A stretch of DNA of 64,000 bases from Arenicellales bacterium (lineage in GTDB: Bacteria; Pseudomonadota; Gammaproteobacteria; Arenicellales; JAJDZL01): the NCBI GenBank assembly GCA_965206345.1, contig OZ242211.1:2599078-2663077 (forward strand), in the 5' to 3' direction. Positions 9,715-16,693 of the stretch are shown here, one piece after another. The position numbers and the translations under genes were made by a program. The notes below the pieces were generated by a model that saw only the letters and a list, made by a program, of their open reading frames with translations, was not told the DNA's origin and ran no database searches. Within the stretch, counting starts at the first letter, position 1. Each line of letters opens with the position of its first letter.

Positions 9715-10884
9715 TCAGTTCAATGGATATTTTCCGTATGTTCCAAAATCACGCTGTGCTTCCAGCATTGCGAAAATATTCTGAATGGGTACATCTGCCA
9801 GAATGTAGTGAGACGGTGAAAAGATGTATCCGCCATCTACTGCCAGATTTTTCATGACCTCGCAAACGCCTTGGCGCACCTGCTCGACCTGACCGCGCGG
9901 TAAGAGTCGCTGCACATCGAAACCACCGATGAAAGCGATATCCTTGCCATATTTTTTCTTGAGTTCAGCCTGGTTCTTATTACCGCCAGTTGGTTGCATC
10001 AATCCAGACAGGTCAACGCCGAGTTCGATCATATCGCCAATGATGGGTGAATAGTCTCCACACGAATGAAGTTTGATGAAAATATCATTATTCGATTTAC
10101 GAAATTCATCAAACATGTACTGAAAACGAGGCTTTGCAAGCTGTCGCCATTGGAGTGGTGAAATCATCATCGATTGCTGAGCACCGACATCGTCCCCGAC
10201 CCGAATCATGTCAATGCCTAGGTCTATTACATTCTTGCCAAGTTGGGTGTAGTACTCTGTCAATCCATCAAGAACGCCATCAATCAATTCAGGCTGATCA
10301 AACATATAGAGAAAGAAGTTCTGAGTCCCAACTACGTGTGCATATGCGGCCTCTATCAAGGTTGATGAAAGATCAACAATGATGAAATATTCGTCCTGGT
10401 ACTCTTCCAAGAGCGTTCTAATTGGATCAAGCAGTTCGGGATCAGCGGGGTCAGGCCAGGTGTAGTTCTTTAAATCCTCCATCGAGGTAATCGGGTGAAA
10501 ATTGGGAAAGTTTTCTGGAACAACTTTGGCAGGCCCCCAAAATTCCTGGGTTTTTGTAAACTCTTCGTGTTCCTCGGCAGTGCGACCCTTAAGTCCGCTT
10601 TTTCCGTAACCAACACCAAAGTGGTTGTACCATGTCTCACCAATCTGGATGGGACGATGAGAAAATTGCGCATTGATTCCGATCTGGTAGATGATCGCAT
10701 CATTTCCGAGCCGAAGTTCCAATTCGGGATTGTGCTTCATGCCAGTGCCAGTCTTTGTAACGCCATATATGCGAGCTATTTTTTCTTTCGCTTCACTTTT
10801 CATTCGGTACAGCAGCGGCACCCGGTCAACTTTTTCGTGCCTGACGGCACGTGTAAATCGCTCACGCGGTAACAGTTCTTTCAT
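9715..10884 (-). CDS. URO-D/MtaA-family methyltransferase (putative substrate:corrinoid or methylcorrinoid:acceptor methyltransferase) with a zinc-type HxC...C motif
   Basis: The length and TIM-barrel-like pattern fit the uroporphyrinogen decarboxylase family (RVPLL near the N-terminus, GDDVG, FSPSH). KLHSCGD supplies H273 and C275, and C341 lies downstream, matching the Zn ligands of MtaA/MtbA-type enzymes. Confidence 0.75.
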   Translation of the reverse strand: MKELLPRERFTRAVRHEKVDRVPLLYRMKSEAKEKIARIYGVTKTGTGMKHNPELELRLGNDAIIYQIGINAQFSHRPIQIGETWYNHFGVGYGKSGLKGRTAEEHEEFTKTQEFWGPAKVVPENFPNFHPITSMEDLKNYTWPDPADPELLDPIRTLLEEYQDEYFIIVDLSSTLIEAAYAHVVGTQNFFLYMFDQPELIDGVLDGLTEYYTQLGKNVIDLGIDMIRVGDDVGAQQSMMISPLQWRQLAKPRFQYMFDEFRKSNNDIFIKLHSCGDYSPIIGDMIELGVDLSGLMQPTGGNKNQAELKKKYGKDIAFIGGFDVQRLLPRGQVEQVRQGVCEVMKNLAVDGGYIFSPSHYILADVPIQNIFAMLEAQRDFGTYGKYPLN

Positions 10885-10930
10885 TCTGAGTCTCTCTGTA
10901 GTTGCATGTATATTTGTGGGATCTTTTCAA

Positions 10931-11965
10931 TTAGCCTGACGCCACCTGTGCGGTTGCTTTTGGTTTTCTTGCTGGACGTGTCGAGCGTCGATCAAGAGAT
11001 CGGATGTACTTCAGGTAAGCCACCGAAAATTCATCCTTTGCAGTCAGTGAGTTTGCCGCAAATCGAAAATCATCAAACGGTTTAACCTGATTCATGATCG
11101 GGTCGATCATCAAAGCATCGCAGCCTGACATGATGGAGAGGACGACAAAGGCATGGTTAAGAATTTTTCGCTGCGGCAGCCCAAATGAAACGTTGCTATG
11201 TCCTCCAAAAATGTGCACCTCAGGGTAGCGAGCTCGCATTTCTCGTACGGCATCAAGGTAGTGATTGCCGAAATCGGGGCCGGCGCCAATCGGAAACACC
11301 AATGGATCCAAAAAGCGATCTTCCATCGGGATGTTACCTTCATCCATCATCTGCATGCATTTTTCCAGATTATCAATACGTTCTGTTTCGTTTTGCGGCA
11401 TGCCTCGATTGCCGCTGGCGTTAGCGAACAGAATTGCATTTCTTTCCCGAGCCATGTCAACGAGAACCTGTCTGCCGTCTTCAAGGTTAAACGAGTTGAT
11501 TGCCGGTCTGCTGATTGAGCCATCGTGTGCTTCAAGTCCTGCGTAAATCGTGTTTGAGTCCGACGAATCAATCGAGACAACGGTTGAGGTAATGCTTTGT
11601 GCGGTGGTTACCAGCCATCGCATCCAATCATAGCGTTCCTCCGGGTAGACCGACATTTCATCCACACAGAGATCGATGATATGGGCGCCTGCAACTTCCT
11701 GGGACTTGATCGCCCAGGTTATGTAATCCATATTTTTTTGTCGGCACGCTTCGGCGATATGTGGAATTGCAAACACACGTTGCTGATTCGGGTCCTCGGG
11801 TATGGTATCGGTTACATCCAGTCTGCCTTGTGAACCATCGAGCTGTGTATAAGTGACATACCAATTTCCTTCTTCACGCAGAACGCGTGGGCTAGATGCC
11901 TTGATCTTTCGGGTGGCGTTAAAGTTCTCACCGATGATGATGAGACCATTGTTGGCTACTTTCAT
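10931..11965 (-). CDS. Pterin-binding (MetH/AcsE/MtrH-like) methyltetrahydrofolate:corrinoid methyltransferase
   Basis: Pterin_bind-type blocks IIGENFNATRK, GAHIIDLCVD, VSIDSS, AINSFN and HSNVSFGLPQRKILN. An unusual ~45-aa insertion follows the first strand. Confidence 0.75.
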   Translation of the reverse strand: MKVANNGLIIIGENFNATRKIKASSPRVLREEGNWYVTYTQLDGSQGRLDVTDTIPEDPNQQRVFAIPHIAEACRQKNMDYITWAIKSQEVAGAHIIDLCVDEMSVYPEERYDWMRWLVTTAQSITSTVVSIDSSDSNTIYAGLEAHDGSISRPAINSFNLEDGRQVLVDMARERNAILFANASGNRGMPQNETERIDNLEKCMQMMDEGNIPMEDRFLDPLVFPIGAGPDFGNHYLDAVREMRARYPEVHIFGGHSNVSFGLPQRKILNHAFVVLSIMSGCDALMIDPIMNQVKPFDDFRFAANSLTAKDEFSVAYLKYIRSLDRRSTRPARKPKATAQVASG

Positions 11966-11984
11966 TGTCCAGAATTAATATTAG

Positions 11985-12650
11985 TTAAGTTGGGATCAGT
12001 CCAAATAATCCTGAGCGCGACATCTTTGGTAACATTGCGGCACTTTCTAGCAGTTTGACGGGCATATCAGGATCATCTACAAGATCAAACAGTGGTTTTT
12101 GGTCAGTCAAATCCCACATAACCTGCTTTCCATCAATGGGATAGGAGTATCCCGGACCCAATCGCCTGGTCATTCTCATCGATTGCTGCACTGCCCAACT
12201 TCGAACCATCAGGACAAATTGTTTAGTTGCATCTTCGACACCCAACCAGGCTGCAGATTCCAAAAACAGCGCTTCAACCAGTTTCTCCTCATCCATCCAC
12301 TGAATTGTCTGTTCATCGATTTCCCTGCCAACAGTGAGTACAAAAACCACCGCTTCAACTGATTGACTCAAGTATTGTTTGAATATCTCACTTTGCAGAT
12401 GAATTCCGTTGCCAAGTACTGCACCGCTATTGTCGACAGAATGTACATCGACAATTCGGTAGGAGACAACTGGTTTCGTTTTTTCGATGAATTTTTCCCG
12501 CGCTGTTAGCGCAGATGCGCGAATGACTTTTCTAACCTTCTCCAGGTTTTTGTATCCCTGAATTTTGAGTATTCCATCAATTTTCGGTTCCGGAATTTCA
12601 AGTTTCAGCGTTGTAGCCTGACCGCGAACCAGGTTCAGTGTCGTGCTCAT
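11985..12650 (-). CDS. Stand-alone protein resembling the MetH reactivation (AdoMet-binding activation) domain
   Basis: The C-terminal half aligns by eye with the E. coli MetH activation domain. VVFVLTVGREIDE..ALFLESAAWLGVEDATKQF..RRLGPGYSYP..LLESAAMLPKMSRSGLFG corresponds to YIGAFAVTGG..ALADRLAEAFAEYLH..IRPAPGYPACP..LTESFAMWPGASVSGWYF. Confidence 0.5.
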   Translation of the reverse strand: MSTTLNLVRGQATTLKLEIPEPKIDGILKIQGYKNLEKVRKVIRASALTAREKFIEKTKPVVSYRIVDVHSVDNSGAVLGNGIHLQSEIFKQYLSQSVEAVVFVLTVGREIDEQTIQWMDEEKLVEALFLESAAWLGVEDATKQFVLMVRSWAVQQSMRMTRRLGPGYSYPIDGKQVMWDLTDQKPLFDLVDDPDMPVKLLESAAMLPKMSRSGLFGLIPT

Positions 12651-12664
12651 ATTAATTGATCTAT

Positions 12665-12674
12665 TTTGGTATAT
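12665..12674. promoter_or_regulatory. TTTGGTATAT motif just upstream of the corrinoid operon start; an identical 10-mer recurs at 16306-16315
   Basis: Direct reading. The 10-mer lies 15-24 nt from the first start codon (12650) and is followed by ATATATC direct repeats. This is a candidate operator only. Confidence 0.25.
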
Positions 12675-13168
12675 CGAAAATATATCAGAAAATGGAAAGA
12701 CACTGTTCTCTATTCACTCTCCAGATTTTATTGAAACCAAAATCGTATTCGGAGTTCAACGAACAAGGGGACAGGATGTTAAATCTTCAGTATTGGGCAG
12801 TCTACGCGATATTGACAAATGCAAAGGAATGGACGCTTTCCCCGGATGGAGTCGAAAATTATCTGTAGGCAGTCGAAGTAACTGATCGATTTTATGAGTA
12901 ACGTGGAAGTACCCATGAGTGCAAACAAAATTATTGGTAATTTAAGCGTAATTAGACTGGGTCTGGCATAAACATGTTTCAGATTGGAGCGGTTGACTAG
13001 GTAGGCAAGACGGTGCTGAATAAACACTCAGACGCAGTTCGATGGAGAGTAAATTTAATCGACTGGTGTCTTGCGCCGTGGCCATGAAGTGCTGTCGCAG
13101 CGCCCACTACTGAAGACGCAAACTGCAGTTAAATTCCATTACTTTTAGTAAATTCTCCTACAATAGAA

Positions 13169-13196
13169 CTATATAATTAGTTTTATCGATATATAG
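13169..13196. promoter_or_regulatory. Inverted repeat CTATATA-N14-TATATAG directly upstream of arsR (candidate ArsR operator/promoter)
   Basis: Perfect 7-bp arms at 13169-13175 and 13190-13196, ending 2 nt before the arsR ATG. Confidence 0.3.
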
Positions 13197-13198
13197 TA

Positions 13199-13522
13199 AT
13201 GATCTGTACACCTCAAGCGTCCAAAGGATTTTCCGCAATCGGTTCTGATGCACGATTGAAAGTTTTGCGTTCGCTCGTACGTGCAGGACCTAGTGGCCTT
13301 AGCGTAGGTGAAATCCGGCATCGACTCGACATTCCTGCATCTACACTGGCACACCACCTCCGTGCACTCGCTGATGGCGGTTTGATCGATCAGCAAAAGT
13401 GTGGACGTACTGTTATCAATCGTGCCAATTACGACCATATACATGAACTAGTCAATTACTTGCTTGAGGAATGTTGTGTCGATGAACCCAATACGGCAGC
13501 AGCGTGTCTGCCGAATGAATAA
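13199..13522 (+). CDS. arsR: ArsR/SmtB-family metalloregulator
   Basis: Winged HTH: DARLKVLRSLVRAGPSGLSVGEIRHRLDIPASTLAHHLRALADGGLIDQQKCGRTV. C-terminal Cys pair EECC. First gene of an ars-like operon. Confidence 0.85.
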   Translation: MICTPQASKGFSAIGSDARLKVLRSLVRAGPSGLSVGEIRHRLDIPASTLAHHLRALADGGLIDQQKCGRTVINRANYDHIHELVNYLLEECCVDEPNTAAACLPNE

Positions 13523-13551
13523 ATTCCATTTTTAATTCAGGAGACATATTA

Positions 13552-13956
13552 ATGAAACTTCATCTATCGTTAGCTGTTAAAGACTTCGATTCCGCAGTCA
13601 CTTTCTACACCGGGCTGTTCAAAAAGGACCCAAAAGTCTTAAAGGATGGCTATGCCAAGTGGGATGTAGACAATCCTGCCGTGAATTTTGCAATCTGCAG
13701 AAACGCAAGTTTTCAGGGAGTGGATCATGTGGGAATTCAGGCTGACTGTGATGAAGAACTTGAAGATCTTGCTCACCGCGTCCGTGATTCCGGTCAACCG
13801 TATCTTGAAATGGAACGAGTAGACTGCTGTCATGCCACAATGGACAAAGCCTGGGTCAAGGGTATTGCCGATGAAAAATGGGAAGTATTTCTGACTCACC
13901 GTCACGATTTGGATCAATTTGGCATCACCCAGCAAGAACAGATTGATGCGTTATAG
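13552..13956 (+). CDS. arsI: ArsI/CadI-family VOC (glyoxalase-fold) metalloenzyme, putative C-As lyase type
   Basis: The pattern matches ArsI/CadI: KLHLSLAVKDFDSAVTFYTGLF, VDHVGIQ, the vicinal cysteines in VDCCHATMDKAWV, and EKWEVFLT. A GGAG RBS lies upstream. Confidence 0.7.
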   Translation: MKLHLSLAVKDFDSAVTFYTGLFKKDPKVLKDGYAKWDVDNPAVNFAICRNASFQGVDHVGIQADCDEELEDLAHRVRDSGQPYLEMERVDCCHATMDKAWVKGIADEKWEVFLTHRHDLDQFGITQQEQIDAL

Positions 13957-14001
13957 GCGCTTCATTACAACGCGGGTTTTTACTATTTTCGGACTCTCAT
14001 C

Positions 14002-14685
14002 ATGACCTGGACACCTTTTGCCAGAGCGCTTCTAGCCGAGTGGTTAGGCACAGCCTTGCTCCTTGCCACAGTAATCGGTTCAGGAATCATGGGCGAAACT
14101 CTAGCTGGTGGCAATGTGGCAATTGCACTTTTAGGGAACACGATCGCGACTGGTGCTATTTTGGTGGTGCTTATTACGATGCTAGGTCCCGTTTCTGGCG
14201 CTCACTTCAATCCTGCGGTGACCTTGGTTTTTGCTCTGAAAAAGGACATTTCCTGGAATCGGGCTGCCCTTTACATCTTGGTTCAGGTTTTCGGCGGTCT
14301 AGTCGGGATGCTGGTAGCTCACTACATGTTTGCGGAACCACTTTTTCAGCTTTCACAGAATGTCCGAACTGGAGACTCTCAGTGGTTCTCCGAAGGCGTT
14401 GCGACATTCGGCCTCGTGCTAACAATACTGGCCACTTTGCGTGCTAGACCTAGCGCGGTTCCTTTGGCGGTGGGTTTGTATATAACCGCTGGATACTGGT
14501 TCACAGCGTCGACATCATTCGCCAATCCTGCAGTAACAATTGCGCGCAGTTTTACAGATACCTTTTCCGGCATTTTGCCTGCGCATGCACCGATGTTCAT
14601 CATCGCACAGATTATCGGTGCTGTAATTGCTCTGTTTATTGCGAACCGACTCTACGCAAGTGAAGAGTTAGACACACGAAGTTGA
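14002..14685 (+). CDS. MIP-family channel (aquaglyceroporin-like, ars-operon associated)
   Basis: Two NPA boxes (HFNPAVT, FANPAVT) and six predicted hydrophobic helices. Confidence 0.85.
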   Translation: MTWTPFARALLAEWLGTALLLATVIGSGIMGETLAGGNVAIALLGNTIATGAILVVLITMLGPVSGAHFNPAVTLVFALKKDISWNRAALYILVQVFGGLVGMLVAHYMFAEPLFQLSQNVRTGDSQWFSEGVATFGLVLTILATLRARPSAVPLAVGLYITAGYWFTASTSFANPAVTIARSFTDTFSGILPAHAPMFIIAQIIGAVIALFIANRLYASEELDTRS

Positions 14686-14782
14686 ATGATTTCTCTGTTG
14701 TATCGAAAGCTGCAGGGTTAGGGAAGTATTCGCCAAAACCATGGCATGTTGAGAAATCTTTGAGAGGTGCGCTAGACAGAAA

Positions 14783-15667
14783 TCAGGCGACACTTTTGCT
14801 GCGAGTTTCAGCCTCCAACTGAAAACGCTCTAGCCACTCGGCAGATTTTCTTAATCCACCCAGCGGATAAACGTGCACCTTTTCTATCATTGTGTCTGAA
14901 TTCAAACTGCGGTGCTGTGCAAGGTCACACAGCAGTTGCTCAGGTGTGGAGTTTTGAAGTAACTTCTTGGCACTACGTGCCTGTTTCTTTAGAAAATTCA
15001 TGGATGGACCGATTCCACAGGCCGCAGCGTGCTTAAGAAGTGTTCCAATTGTTGCGACGCCTGGAATACCGATGTGAACGGGTAGTTTATTACCAAGTTC
15101 GGCCAGTTGCCGTTCCCATTCAACAACAGCTTTAGCCTGAAAACAGAATTGTGTCACGAGATACATCTCTGCGTCAGTTCGCTCTGCAAACTGGTTTTTC
15201 CATTTCAGAGCATCTTCCAATCCTCGAGTAGAAATGTCTGGGCTGCCTTCCGGATGCCCAGCCACTCCAATTTTGGAAATGCCCATCTGGTCAAATAGTC
15301 CGGTTTCCAGAAGCTGCATGGAGTTCTCATAGTCTCCTACAGGTTTTCTTGAACTTCCGGCAAGCACCAATACTTGAGTGCCTCCTGCTTCGTCGCAGAA
15401 TCGCTGAAGCGATGATGCAATTTTCTGCCGGTTTGAAATTTGTCGCGCTGCGTAGTGTGGAACCGGATTAAATCCTTCATTTGCCAGCCGTATGCAAACC
15501 GAAATTGTGTCGTCAATGGTTGAACCTGGAAGCAAGGTGACATACACAGTCGTGCCAGCAGGCAAAATGAGGCGGTAATCTGGGATCTTGGTTGACGCCC
15601 CGGGGGTTGTTTCGACTGAATAACCCCGAATGAGTTGATTTAACGCGAATTGGATGGAATCTGACAA
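14783..15667 (-). CDS. metF: Methylenetetrahydrofolate reductase (MetF-family)
   Basis: The N-terminal YSVETTPG block, VLVLAGS, GVAGHPEG and VTQFCF are typical of MetF-like proteins that sit next to methyl-THF-forming demethylases. Confidence 0.75.
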   Translation of the reverse strand: MSDSIQFALNQLIRGYSVETTPGASTKIPDYRLILPAGTTVYVTLLPGSTIDDTISVCIRLANEGFNPVPHYAARQISNRQKIASSLQRFCDEAGGTQVLVLAGSSRKPVGDYENSMQLLETGLFDQMGISKIGVAGHPEGSPDISTRGLEDALKWKNQFAERTDAEMYLVTQFCFQAKAVVEWERQLAELGNKLPVHIGIPGVATIGTLLKHAAACGIGPSMNFLKKQARSAKKLLQNSTPEQLLCDLAQHRSLNSDTMIEKVHVYPLGGLRKSAEWLERFQLEAETRSKSVA

Positions 15668-15718
15668 TGGACTACCGATCCCTGCAGAAAGTCAAGAAAA
15701 ATAATTTGACGGATAATT

Positions 15719-16252
15719 TTAATTCCAATCGAAGTAAATGACGGCATCGTGGAAGTCATTTATTTCGGTTTCACTTGACGATAGAATTCTATAGCCGTTG
15801 CCAGTCTCGGAAACCCAATCATTGTCCAACATGATGCGGTTTGCGATCCAGTGATCGGCGCATTGATTACCGATCAGCACAAAAACTTGTGAAGCGTTTA
15901 CGGTTATGCCGCTATCAGGACCAAATCGGGTATTCATGGGGCGGGGTGTTTTCCAATCTGCAATGACCTGGCAGTTCTCGGCATCGAGAGAGTCGAGCAT
16001 TAGTGCGCGTTGAATGGGCCAGGCGAATGAATTTCCGAAAATGTTAGCGGTGGTGTCAGGCAGGCTGCAGGCAACCGCCATTAGATGATCACCAACGAAA
16101 CTGAATCGTTCATAAAGAGCTGAATCCGCATCGACTGCAACACAAGCGTACTCGCTTAAATCAGGCCCTGATTTGATCTCAGGGGCCATCCAGTCCATGT
16201 CTTTTAATGAATGTCTGTCAAATTCAGGAACCGGAAACCTTTTTGCCCACAT
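15719..16252 (-). CDS. Hypothetical protein (177 aa), apparently co-transcribed upstream of metF
   Basis: A long ORF with ordinary composition, lying 51 nt upstream of metF on the same strand. I recognise no family. Confidence 0.5.
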   Translation of the reverse strand: MWAKRFPVPEFDRHSLKDMDWMAPEIKSGPDLSEYACVAVDADSALYERFSFVGDHLMAVACSLPDTTANIFGNSFAWPIQRALMLDSLDAENCQVIADWKTPRPMNTRFGPDSGITVNASQVFVLIGNQCADHWIANRIMLDNDWVSETGNGYRILSSSETEINDFHDAVIYFDWN

Positions 16253-16305
16253 CGGATTTACCTGTTGTGAAATAGGTGCTGAGAATTGCTAGGTATTTTA
16301 ATATA

Positions 16306-16323
16306 TTTGGTATATACGCCAAA
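16306..16323. promoter_or_regulatory. TTTGGTATATACGCCAAA inverted repeat in the divergent promoter region; shares TTTGGTATAT with 12665-12674
   Basis: Direct reading. TTTGG/CCAAA arms sit between the divergent starts at 16252 and 16403. Confidence 0.25.
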
Positions 16324-16402
16324 TTCAATTCTAGCGACTGAATTGGCATCAACGATACCCTTGATACCTGAATGTTTGAAAATTTTCTTGTGAGGTTAGA
16401 GC

Positions 16403-16693
16403 ATGGCTAAAGTTCAGATTCTGTATTGGCAAGATATTCCGTCGGTGGTCGAAGCGCGCGACGAAAATGGAGTTCACAAGGAACTTTTAAGTGAGCGCTT
16501 CCAGGAATTAATTGACTTAATCGCCATGAAAACCAAGCTTGCTGGAACCGATGAATATCTAATGCAGTGGGCTAAAGGTAAACGGTACGAGGTAGACGGT
16601 TCTGCCGAAGAAGTTGCCAAGTCGGTCAAAGATGATTTTGAGTCTCAATACAAGGAAATCCGCAAGCGAGAATTGGCCAAAGCAGTCGGTTAG
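16403..16693 (+). CDS. Small protein of the so-called 'virulence factor' family (PF13769-like), function unknown
   Basis: MAKVQILYWQDIPSVVEA...ELLSERFQELIDLIAMK..GTDEYLMQWAKG matches my memory of the YWRDIP..ERF..ID..AM..D.YL..W pattern seen beside MetF/corrinoid genes. Confidence 0.55.
   Translation: MAKVQILYWQDIPSVVEARDENGVHKELLSERFQELIDLIAMKTKLAGTDEYLMQWAKGKRYEVDGSAEEVAKSVKDDFESQYKEIRKRELAKAVG

Noticed and set aside
12651-13198. A possible cobalamin riboswitch in the 548-bp region upstream of the corrinoid operon.
   Set aside because: I read both strands and found only weak resemblances (GCCACGG; a GGCAAGAC/GTCTTGC long-range pairing). There is no convincing B12 box or GGUG..AAUCC core. 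A covariance-model scan would be needed, so I make no claim.
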